Positions 55,902 to 64,000 of a DNA stretch of 64,000 nt are shown here, piece after piece; within the stretch, counting starts at the first letter, position 1, and each line of letters starts with the position of its first letter. Where the stretch lies: IMG/VR virus record IMGVR_UViG_2857429247_000001, positions 32,001 to 96,000 of that record; one strand, 5' to 3'. The notes under the pieces are model-generated. The model saw nothing but the letters and a program-made list of their open reading frames with translations, was not told the origin of the DNA and searched no databases. This DNA comes from a virus (Duplodnaviria > Caudoviricetes). The translations under genes were made by a program, and so were the position numbers.

Positions 55902-57440
55902 ATGTCCACCATCAACGACCAGAACGCGACCGCCGACCTGGTGAAGGCTTCCTTCGCCAAGCCGTCCGAGGACATCGCCCGCACCATCCTGACCGCGGCC
56001 GGTCTCGGCACCGACGAGCTCGCCAAGTCGATCACGACCGGCACCGGCCTCGTCGCCTACGACCTGCAGGCCCCGGCCAAGAACCTCTACCCGGTCGTCA
56101 CCCCGCTCCGGAACCGCATCCCGCGCATCCCCGGCGGCATCGGCACCGCGACGAACTGGAAGCAGGTCAACGCGATCCTGGGCTCCGGCTTCGACAACAC
56201 CGGCTGGGTGCCCGAGGGCCAGCGCTCCGGCACGATGTCCTACTCGACCTCGAACAAGTCGGCCGCCTACGCCACGCTCGGCGAGGAGGACAACGCGACC
56301 TTCGAGGCGATCAACGCCGGTCGCGGCTTCGAGGACATCCGCGCCTCGATGTCGATGCGCCTGCTCCAGAAGACCATGCTCAAGGAGGAGACCGCCATTC
56401 TCGGCGGCAACGCCTCCCTGCAGCTCGGCACCCCCGCCGCTCCGGTCCTCTCGGCCGCCGGCTCCAGCGCCACGCTCGCCGCCGCCACCTACTCGGTCAT
56501 CGTCGTCGCCCTGACGCTCGAGGGCTATCGCAACTCGTCCGTCACCAACGGCGTCGCGACCAGCAAGACCGTCACCGGCGCCGACGGCAACAACTTCACG
56601 GTGTTCGGTGGCTCGTCCAACAAGTCGGCGGGCGCCACCCAGGCCGTGACCCTCGGCCAGGCCCTGTCGGCCACCGTCGCCCCGATCCAGGGCGCGATGG
56701 GCTACGCGTGGTTCGCCGGCCCGGCGGGCTCCGAGACGCTCCAGGCGATCACCCCGATCAACTCGGTGGTGTTCTCCGCGCCGCTGTCCACCGGCGGTCA
56801 GCCGGTCTCGGCCGTTACCCAGGACTGCTCGACCAACTCGACCGCCTTCGACGGTCTGGCCACCGTCGCGCTGAAGACCGGCAACGGCGCCTACGTGCGC
56901 TATCTGCCGACCGGCAACGCCGGCCAGGGCACCACGCTGACCCCGTCGGGCCGCGGCTCCTGCGTCGAGGTCGACGACATGCTCCAGAGCATGTGGGACG
57001 CCTACCAAGTGTCGCCCGACGTGCTCTACGTGAACTCCCAGGAGATCCGGAGCCTGTCGGCCGTGTGCCTGTCGAGCGGCTCCTCGCCGCTGCTCCAGTA
57101 CTTCCAGAGCCCGGAGGCGGCCTACGGCCTCACCGGTGGCGGCACGATCTCGTACTACTACAACCCGTTCATGCTGAACGGCGGCCAGCGGATGCCGGTG
57201 AAGATCCACCCGCAGGTGCCCCCGGGCACGATCCTGGCGTGGTGCGAGACCCTCCCGGTCCAGTACCAGTCGAACGAGGTCCCGAACGTTGCCGAGATGA
57301 AGGTGCGTCAGGACTATTACCAGATCGACTGGCCGATCAAGACGCGCCGCCGCGAGTCGGGCGTCTACGTCGAGGAGACCCTGGCTGTTTATGCTCCGTT
57401 TGCAATGGGCGTAATCAGCAATATCGCGAAGCGCAGCTGA
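55902..57440 (+). CDS. major capsid protein with inserted Ig-like domain
   Basis: Follows the protease; GLVAYDL..PAK.LYP..TPLRNRIPR; central Ser/Thr/Ala beta-rich insert. Confidence 0.85.
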   Translation: MSTINDQNATADLVKASFAKPSEDIARTILTAAGLGTDELAKSITTGTGLVAYDLQAPAKNLYPVVTPLRNRIPRIPGGIGTATNWKQVNAILGSGFDNTGWVPEGQRSGTMSYSTSNKSAAYATLGEEDNATFEAINAGRGFEDIRASMSMRLLQKTMLKEETAILGGNASLQLGTPAAPVLSAAGSSATLAAATYSVIVVALTLEGYRNSSVTNGVATSKTVTGADGNNFTVFGGSSNKSAGATQAVTLGQALSATVAPIQGAMGYAWFAGPAGSETLQAITPINSVVFSAPLSTGGQPVSAVTQDCSTNSTAFDGLATVALKTGNGAYVRYLPTGNAGQGTTLTPSGRGSCVEVDDMLQSMWDAYQVSPDVLYVNSQEIRSLSAVCLSSGSSPLLQYFQSPEAAYGLTGGGTISYYYNPFMLNGGQRMPVKIHPQVPPGTILAWCETLPVQYQSNEVPNVAEMKVRQDYYQIDWPIKTRRRESGVYVEETLAVYAPFAMGVISNIAKRS

Positions 57441-57510
57441 TATTCGTTGCGGCGGGCATCTGCTCCGTTATGATCGGTTGATCTTCTGGACGCTCAACGG
57501 TCCCGCCGCG

Positions 57511-58374
57511 ATGAACTACTGCGAACAGGGCCGATCCGGCATATACGTCATTCGCTGTGTACTCAGCGGGCGCGTCTACGTCGGGTCGGCAGTGCGAGTT
57601 AGGAAGCGTTGGGAAGCCCATCGTCGTCTTCTGAGATCGGGCAAGCATCATTCCCAGGTGCTGCAGCGGTCCTGGGACAAGTATGGTGCGGAGTCGTTCT
57701 CGTTCGAGCTGGTCGAGCCAGTTTCGGATTTGGCGATGCTGATCCCGCGCGAGCAGGCCTGGATCGATGCCCTGAGCGCTGCATGTCCGAGACGAGGCAT
57801 GAACCGCTCACCGACGGCAGGGAACTGCCTCGGCGTCGTCCATTCCTTGGAGACGCGTCAGAAGCTTTCAGCGCAGCGCCGCGGTGTTCCGAAGACGGTA
57901 GCGCATCGCGCGGCCATCGGAGCGGCTCAGGTTGGAAGGATCATTCCGCCCGACCAGCGTGCGCTGCTTTCTGATGCGACCCGCCGGTTCTTCGCCGATA
58001 ATGCCGGGGCCCGGGAGCGAATGCGCGAAGTCGGCCTTCGAAATGGGGCCGCTAGCAAGGGGCGTCAGGTCGATTTCGAAGAGCGGCGGATGATGTCGGA
58101 GGTCAGAAAAGCCTCCCTGACCTTTAGGACTGCGGCGATCGCGAACTTGGCGAAAGTCACACCTGAGCACCGTGCCGCCGCCGCTCTGAAGACCTCTGAG
58201 AAGCTGAAGGGCAGACCGCGTCACGACAAGCGATCGCTTTCTTTCGAGCAGGCTGAGCAAATCAGAGCCGAGAAGGCGGAGGGCTGCACGTACGCTCAGC
58301 TGTCCGCCCGATACGGACTCTCTCGGCCCACCCTGTTCTTAATCGTGAAACGCCAGACCTACGCGGCTCCCTAG
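57511..58374 (+). CDS. GIY-YIG homing endonuclease with NUMOD3 and HTH
   Basis: GIYVI...YVGSA...RW..H, REQAWI, N..PTAG, HSLETRQKLS. Confidence 0.9.
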   Translation: MNYCEQGRSGIYVIRCVLSGRVYVGSAVRVRKRWEAHRRLLRSGKHHSQVLQRSWDKYGAESFSFELVEPVSDLAMLIPREQAWIDALSAACPRRGMNRSPTAGNCLGVVHSLETRQKLSAQRRGVPKTVAHRAAIGAAQVGRIIPPDQRALLSDATRRFFADNAGARERMREVGLRNGAASKGRQVDFEERRMMSEVRKASLTFRTAAIANLAKVTPEHRAAAALKTSEKLKGRPRHDKRSLSFEQAEQIRAEKAEGCTYAQLSARYGLSRPTLFLIVKRQTYAAP

Positions 58375-58418
58375 CCGATCCGATAGGGGTCGGCGGCCGC
58401 CTCCTTGATGAGGACGAG

Positions 58419-58949
58419 ATGGCCCAGAACCCCCGCAAGACGAAGCTCCGGGCCGCGCCCGGCACCACCGACGTGACCGTCGGAACCGAGACCCTGCCGA
58501 TCGCCTCCGACGGCACCGTGACCGTGCCGTCGGAAGCCGTCGCCAGCCTCACTGGGGTCGGCGGCTTCGCGCTCGACCCGGTCGACATCGCCCCGCCCCC
58601 GGACGGGCACGTCGAGGTCGATCACGACGACGCCGGCGCCACTCTCTCGATCGACGGCCGCACGTTCGGCCGCGGCGAGGACGGGCGCATGTTCCTGCCG
58701 ATGTCGGCCGTGCCGAGCCTGGAAGCCCACGGTTTCCGGCTGATCAGCCTGGAGCAGGTCGCCGCCAAGGCCCGGGCCGCCCTCGGGGCGCTCGAGCAGG
58801 GCGACGAAGCGGACTCCGCCGAGGACGAGCCCGACGCTCCCAACCCGGACGAGACCGATCCGCCCACCGACCCGGCGGCAGATCCGGCGCCGGCGCCCGA
58901 CGCGTCCCAGCCCGACGACGCCGACTCGACCGCCGCGCCGGCGGCCTGA
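58419..58949 (+). CDS. hypothetical virion-associated protein
   Basis: GAGG SD; two similar short domains plus an acidic tail. Confidence 0.65.
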   Translation: MAQNPRKTKLRAAPGTTDVTVGTETLPIASDGTVTVPSEAVASLTGVGGFALDPVDIAPPPDGHVEVDHDDAGATLSIDGRTFGRGEDGRMFLPMSAVPSLEAHGFRLISLEQVAAKARAALGALEQGDEADSAEDEPDAPNPDETDPPTDPAADPAPAPDASQPDDADSTAAPAA

Positions 58950-58995
58950 TCCACGCCCGCCCGCGCCTCCGCGGGATCTCCGGAAGGTCTCAGCG

Positions 58996-59619
58996 ATGCC
59001 CCTGCCCACCGGGACCTCTCCGGACGATCTCGTCGACGTCGCGACCGCACGGGCCTGGATCGGCCTGCCGCCGCTCGCCGACGGCGCCACCGACCCCGTG
59101 ATGCAGCTCGCGATCACGGCAGTCTCGCAGCGGATCGCGACGTGGTGCTCGCGCACCTTCGTCCCGACGGCCGCCACCGAGGTCTATGACGGCGTCGGAT
59201 CGGCCCTGCTGTGCCTGCGCCGCTTCCCGATCATCAGCCTGGACAGCGTCGTCGTCGACGGCGTCCCGGCGCCGCTGATCGAGGCAGGCAGCATGGCCTA
59301 CGGCGTCTCGCACGATGGCCGGCGCACGCTGAGCTACCGCGGCGGCGAGTTCAGTCGCGGGCGCCAGAACGTGCTGATCGGCTACACGGCCGGACTCGAT
59401 CCGATCCCGGCCGATATCGGCATGGCCTGCCTCGACTGGCTCGCGGCTGGCTACCTCGCGCGCGGGCGCTCGCCCGACGTGGTGGAGCGCAAGGACGGTG
59501 ACTCCTCCGAGAAGTACGCCGCCTCCAGCGCGACCGTGACGATCCGGGGGCGCACCGTGCCGATGCCGGCCTCCGTCTATGCGACCCTGTCGCGAATCCA
59601 GGACAACGTGCCGGTCTGA
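58996..59619 (+). CDS. head-tail connector (adaptor) protein
   Basis: AVS..I..WCSR.F, E.YDG, L..FPI.S, NV.I.YTAG..PIPADI. Confidence 0.8.
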   Translation: MPLPTGTSPDDLVDVATARAWIGLPPLADGATDPVMQLAITAVSQRIATWCSRTFVPTAATEVYDGVGSALLCLRRFPIISLDSVVVDGVPAPLIEAGSMAYGVSHDGRRTLSYRGGEFSRGRQNVLIGYTAGLDPIPADIGMACLDWLAAGYLARGRSPDVVERKDGDSSEKYAASSATVTIRGRTVPMPASVYATLSRIQDNVPV

Positions 59620-59625
59620 TCCGCC

Positions 59626-59988
59626 ATGCCCCCGTTCTACTTCGAGCGGACGATCACGATCGCCCGCCCCGGGATCCGCGCCGGCATCGCGCCGGTGGGC
59701 AAGCAGGGCTACGGCGGCTCGTCCCGTGCGGACGAGGTCGTGCGCTACACCGACATCCCGGCGACGATCCAGTATTCCGCGACCGCGCGCACCACCGGCG
59801 TGCAGCTGCCCTCCGACGCGCGCGTGCTCACCGACTGGAAGATCATCGTGCCCGTCGGCTACCTGCCCGACGACGCGGTGATCGAGCGCGACATCGTCAC
59901 CTCCGACCTGGGCAAGCGCTACCAGGTGCTCGCCGCGCGCCCCAGCCGCCTCGGCTTCCAGATGCGCGCCTCGCTCCTGCAGGTCTGA
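59626..59988 (+). CDS. head-closure (stopper) protein
   Basis: Position; RDIV.SD.GKRYQV. Confidence 0.65.
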   Translation: MPPFYFERTITIARPGIRAGIAPVGKQGYGGSSRADEVVRYTDIPATIQYSATARTTGVQLPSDARVLTDWKIIVPVGYLPDDAVIERDIVTSDLGKRYQVLAARPSRLGFQMRASLLQV

Positions 59989-60023
59989 CCGCTGGCCCGA
60001 GACGCCCCCCTTCAGGATCGACC

Positions 60024-60224
60024 ATGGCCGACACCGTATCGCTTCGCGTGCGCTTCACGCTGCGCTGGTGGGCGCGTCCGCTCGTGCGGGCCGCGCTCAT
60101 CGCCGCGCTGCTCCGCGTGCCGGTCGACATCGACCGGCTGGGGCAGCTGATCGCCACCCACGGCGCGCGCTACCACGTCGAGAGCCGCGCGGCCGACCGC
60201 GTGAGCGAGACCGCCCGTGGCTGA
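60024..60224 (+). CDS. small hypothetical protein
   Basis: SD plus overlap with the next gene. Confidence 0.5.
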   Translation: MADTVSLRVRFTLRWWARPLVRAALIAALLRVPVDIDRLGQLIATHGARYHVESRAADRVSETARG

Positions 60225-61068
60225 CGAGAGCGAGGTCGAGGACGCGCTCTGCGACTTCATCGTCGCCACGTTGTACCCCGGCGGCACCGAGGGGCTGGAC
60301 GCGTCCGCGCCGAGCCTCGCTGGCGCACCCGCGAAGGTCCAGCGCGGGATGCCGCTCTCCCTCGATCTCGAGGCGATGATCGCGGCCGGTGTGATCGATA
60401 TCGCGGTTGCGGCGCGCAACGGCGTGGAACGGGTGACGACGCGCTATTCGCGCAAGTGGGAGATGCTGATCCCGCCTGTGCACACCATCACGGTGACGCC
60501 GCCGAGCCAGACGATCACCCTCGGCGGCACCGTCTCGGTGCCGCAGAACGTGGCTCTCGGCTGGGGGCCGCACGCGCACACGATCCATGCCGTCCAGGCC
60601 GGCGAGAGCCTCCAAGACATCGCCGCGGCGCTCGCCGCCGCCCTGGTCGCGCAGGGCGCGCCGGTCGTGGCCTCGGGCACGAGCCTCACCGTCGCGTCGG
60701 GCCCGGACCTGCGGGCGCGTGTCGGCGGCTTCGGGACGATGGCGCGGGAGCTGAAACGGCAGGACAAGTCGTTTCAGATCACGATCTTCACGCCGACGCC
60801 GGAGCTGCGCGACGACGTCGCCAAGATCATCGATCCCGCTCTGGCGAACATCAATTTCCTCACACTTCCCGACCGCACGCGAGGACTGGTCCGTTACGAG
60901 CGGACCATCGTCATCGACACGTACGAGAAGATGACGGAATACCGTCGCGATCTGTTCTTCTGGGTAGAGTACCCGACGATCACGACGATGCAGGCGCCGG
61001 AGGTGATCGCGATCGGATCGACCAGCGGGTCGGACGACACGCCTCGCCCCCAACGCTTCTTCCCCTGA
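60217..61068 (+). CDS. putative tail terminator / neck protein
   Basis: MADESEVE..L; RE.KRQ...F; YRRDL...VEYPT; lies before the sheath. Confidence 0.65.
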   Translation: MADESEVEDALCDFIVATLYPGGTEGLDASAPSLAGAPAKVQRGMPLSLDLEAMIAAGVIDIAVAARNGVERVTTRYSRKWEMLIPPVHTITVTPPSQTITLGGTVSVPQNVALGWGPHAHTIHAVQAGESLQDIAAALAAALVAQGAPVVASGTSLTVASGPDLRARVGGFGTMARELKRQDKSFQITIFTPTPELRDDVAKIIDPALANINFLTLPDRTRGLVRYERTIVIDTYEKMTEYRRDLFFWVEYPTITTMQAPEVIAIGSTSGSDDTPRPQRFFP

Positions 61069-61082
61069 TCAGGAGACGCCGC

Positions 61083-61361
61083 ATGCCCGGCATCGAACTC
61101 ACCGTCCTGCACGACTTCGGCCAGTACGTCCGCGGGATGTTCATCACCGCCGAGGAGGAGATCCTGGCGGTCCTCGGTAGCGAGAACGCCAACCGCGTCA
61201 CCAAGGTCGCCGCCGGCACCCACGCGGCGGCCGAAGCCGCGGTCGCCAAGGTCGAGGCCGTCGCCGCCGCCGTCGAGTCCGCGCCCGCGAAGGTCGAGGC
61301 GGCCGCGAAGGCTGCCGTGGCCGACGTGAAGGCCGCTGCGGCTGACGGCGCGAAGGCCTGA
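61083..61361 (+). CDS. small hypothetical virion protein
   Basis: AGGAG SD; L.V.HDFG.Y.RG. Confidence 0.6.
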   Translation: MPGIELTVLHDFGQYVRGMFITAEEEILAVLGSENANRVTKVAAGTHAAAEAAVAKVEAVAAAVESAPAKVEAAAKAAVADVKAAAADGAKA

Positions 61362-61365
61362 TCCG

Positions 61366-61647
61366 ATGCGGCGCACGCGCACCCGCCAGGAGCGGAGACA
61401 CGTGGATCGGGGCTGCCCCGCCGAACTGCGGCGGCGCGCCTACCAGTCCCTGATGCTGGGCATCCGGCAGCAGGGCATCCTGCGCGGCGAGCGGCTCCCC
61501 GATCTCGTCGCGCGCGTCTGCCCCTCGGTTCTCTCCTTCGTGGCGCTGGAGGGCTACCGGGCCGATCTCGATCTGCCCGAGAACACGCACGAGGCCCTGT
61601 GCCGCGGCGTGATCGCCATGGAGCTGCGCCGGCTCCCCGCGGCCTGA
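61366..61647 (+). CDS. hypothetical protein
   Basis: 93 aa. Confidence 0.45.
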   Translation: MRRTRTRQERRHVDRGCPAELRRRAYQSLMLGIRQQGILRGERLPDLVARVCPSVLSFVALEGYRADLDLPENTHEALCRGVIAMELRRLPAA

Positions 61648-61781
61648 TCGGCCGTCATAGCGGCCTCGCGCCGCCCTCCTCACACCAGGCCCTCTCCAGG
61701 CCCTCAGATCCGGCCCGCCCGCGGCGCCGGACCCGCGCGCACGCGCCGACGGCTCTCGCCGTCTCGGAGTGATCCTCTTCC

Positions 61782-63314
61782 ATGCCCCAGGTCGTCCAGC
61801 AGGGCCAGATCAACACGGCCGCGCTGTCGGTCGCGGACCTCTACGTCACGATCGTCCCGCCGCAGCTCCTCATCAACGGCGTCGCCACCAACGTCATCGG
61901 ACTCGTCTGCACGGCGAGCTGGGGGCAGGTGAACGGCTCGCCCGGCATCGTCGGCAGCTATGCCAGCCACGCGCTCCAGTACGGGCCGATGCAGGCGCGC
62001 AAGTACGATGGCGGGACCGCGGTCTTCAACATCTACCAGCAGGGCAATCAGCCCGTCGTGATGGTCTCCCGCGTCACCGATGGCAGCGACGTCGCGGCCA
62101 CGGTGATCGTGCAGACGAACTGCCTGACCCTCACCTCGAAGTTCACCGGTTCGCTCGCCAACAAGGACCAGGCCTCGATTGGGCCCGGCTCGGCGGTCGG
62201 AACCTTCAAGGTGGTGCTCACGCGGCCCGGCCAAGTCGGCGAGGTGTTCGACAACATCGCCGGCACCGGCAATGCCCTGTGGGTGAACATCGCCAACGCG
62301 ATCAACCTCGGGCAGTTCGGCGCCCGCGGGCCGTCGAACCTGTTCATCGCCACGGCCGGCGCCGGCACGACCGCCCCGACCACGGCGGTCTACACGGCGT
62401 CCGGCGGCACCGACGGCGCCGACACCGTGACCGGCTCGACGCTGCTCGGCGTCGACAGCCTGCCGCGTTCCGGCCTCTACGCGCTGCGCGGGTCGGGCGC
62501 CCAGATCGGCATGCTGACCGATTGCGACGACTCGACCACGTGGACGGCTCAGATCGCCTACGGTCTCGGCGAGGGCACCTACATGGTGGCATGCGGGCCG
62601 TCCGGCGATACGATCAGCAACGCGGTCTCGGTGAAGGCGTCGGCCGGCATCGACAGCTACGCGCTGAAGCTGATGCTCGGCGACTGGGTCTACTTCAATG
62701 ACACGACCAACGGCCAGATCCGTCTGACCTCGCCGCAAGCGTTCGTCGCCGGCCAGCTCGGCAATCTCGCGCCGAACCAGTCGACCCTGAACAAGCCGAT
62801 GAACGGCATCGTCGGTACGCAGAAGTCCGTCACCGGAGTGAAATACACCAACGCCGAGCTTCAGGTGCTGGCCAATGCCGGCATCGATGTCATCTGTAAC
62901 CCGATCCCGTATGGCTCGGTCTTCGGCTGCCGCAACGGGCGCAACACGTCGTCCAACGCCTCGATCCGCGGCGACAACTACACGCGTATGACCAACTTCA
63001 TCGCGTTCACGATCGCATCCGGGCTCGGCAAATACGTCGGCACGCTCAACACGCCGGAGCAGCGCCTGGATGCGAAGGCGACGCTCGATCTGTTCTTCTT
63101 CAACGTCCAGCAGCAGGGCCTGATCGGCTCGCGCTCCGGGCCGGACGCGTGGAACACGGTGCTGGACGACTCCAACAACCCGGACTCGCGTACCTCGCTC
63201 GGCTACGAGCAGGCCGACGTTCAGGTGAAGTACCAGAGCGTGACCGAATTCTTCCTGGTGAACATGCAGGGCGGCCAGACCGTCACGATCACCAAGACGA
63301 CGACCACGAACTGA
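61782..63314 (+). CDS. contractile tail sheath protein
   Basis: G.V.TASWG.VN.P, SRVTDG.D, GGTDG, S..NK, R..NFI; 510 aa. Confidence 0.9.
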   Translation: MPQVVQQGQINTAALSVADLYVTIVPPQLLINGVATNVIGLVCTASWGQVNGSPGIVGSYASHALQYGPMQARKYDGGTAVFNIYQQGNQPVVMVSRVTDGSDVAATVIVQTNCLTLTSKFTGSLANKDQASIGPGSAVGTFKVVLTRPGQVGEVFDNIAGTGNALWVNIANAINLGQFGARGPSNLFIATAGAGTTAPTTAVYTASGGTDGADTVTGSTLLGVDSLPRSGLYALRGSGAQIGMLTDCDDSTTWTAQIAYGLGEGTYMVACGPSGDTISNAVSVKASAGIDSYALKLMLGDWVYFNDTTNGQIRLTSPQAFVAGQLGNLAPNQSTLNKPMNGIVGTQKSVTGVKYTNAELQVLANAGIDVICNPIPYGSVFGCRNGRNTSSNASIRGDNYTRMTNFIAFTIASGLGKYVGTLNTPEQRLDAKATLDLFFFNVQQQGLIGSRSGPDAWNTVLDDSNNPDSRTSLGYEQADVQVKYQSVTEFFLVNMQGGQTVTITKTTTTN

Positions 63315-63435
63315 TCTCGCAGCCGGGGCGCGTCTTCGCCCCGGCCCTCAGCCCTGCCCTTCATTCCGCCACGCCCTGACGGCGCCGCCCCCCCGTGCGC
63401 GCCGCCGTCCGCGTGCGCATCTGCCAGGGATCCCC

Positions 63436-63864
63436 ATGGCCGGAGATTTCAACACCGGGCGCGACATCACCGTCGTGATCACCGGTCCGAACGGCACCGT
63501 CACGCTCAACTACGTGACGTCGTTCGACCGCAAGCAGAACGTCACGAAGCTCAAGTCGAGCTGCATCGACGGCATCACACGTCACGAGAACATCCCGGAC
63601 GACTGGAGCGGCTCGATCGGCCTCGACCGCGCCGGACGCGAGGTCGACGATCTGATCTACGCCCTCGAGGCCGGTTATTTCGCCGGTCAGAAGACCGCGA
63701 AGGGCACGATCACCGAGACGATCCAGGAGGTCGACCAGTCGATCTCCCAGTGGCGCTATGCGCCGTGCGTATTCGACCTCTCCGACGCCGGCAAGTGGGC
63801 CAAGGACTCGAAGGTCGAGCCCAAGCTCGAGTTCGCCGCGAGCCGCCGCACCCTCGTCAAGTGA
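63436..63864 (+). CDS. tail tube protein
   Basis: Follows the sheath; WSGSI..DR, TITETI.E. Confidence 0.8.
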   Translation: MAGDFNTGRDITVVITGPNGTVTLNYVTSFDRKQNVTKLKSSCIDGITRHENIPDDWSGSIGLDRAGREVDDLIYALEAGYFAGQKTAKGTITETIQEVDQSISQWRYAPCVFDLSDAGKWAKDSKVEPKLEFAASRRTLVK

Positions 63865-63947
63865 TCGGCAAGGCCGGCGCGCCCGCGCGCCGGCTCCCCG
63901 ATCCCTTGGCAGTCCCCTGCCCTTCAACCTGCCCCAGAGAGACGCCC

Positions 63948-64000
63948 ATGTCGAAAGTCACCGTGCGCTCCGGCGCCTCCCGAGCTGCCGCGCCCGAACT
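63948..64000 (+). CDS. probable tail assembly chaperone, truncated by window end
   Basis: ATG after the tube gene; position only. Confidence 0.4.
   Translation, partial: MSKVTVRSGASRAAAPE

Noticed and set aside
1-64000. tRNA, rRNA or tmRNA genes
   Set aside because: No cloverleaf with a T-arm consensus and no rRNA signature was recognised by eye; a tRNAscan/Aragorn run is needed to exclude them fully

Overview
GC-rich alphaproteobacterial temperate myophage segment, probably Methylobacterium-like (inferred from MucR/Ros and GC-rich codon usage) and possibly a phage-plasmid. Left to right: (i) early/accessory genes: PD-(D/E)XK nuclease, SNF2 helicase, zinc-free MucR, TerB/TerC, a 1703-aa DarB-like methylase-helicase, HNH, MazG-like, DUF1643 and HD nucleotidase; (ii) a degenerate serine recombinase and a Cre-like tyrosine recombinase, followed by many small membrane or secreted ORFs; (iii) a DNA 7-deazaguanine modification module (GT-A glycosyltransferase, ParB-N, DpdA/TGT-like, Cys-less QueC, FolE, QueD, QueE); (iv) TerS/TerL, portal, head fibres, protease-scaffold, capsid, GIY-YIG endonuclease, neck, sheath and tube. 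Three mobile elements have ends resolvable to the base: a tnpB-only IS200/IS605 element (581-1911), a Tn3-family element (8427-12244) and an IS1380 that splits queE (44051-45665). The most unusual signals are non-coding. A promoter/leader cassette occurs seven times in front of anti-defence-type genes. About 12 arrays of TNNA boxes with an 8-bp period are dispersed through the window. A 26-bp motif plus hairpin occurs three times, preceding two candidate large structured RNAs and the structural operon. All calls come from reading motifs by eye; no database searches or folding were run.
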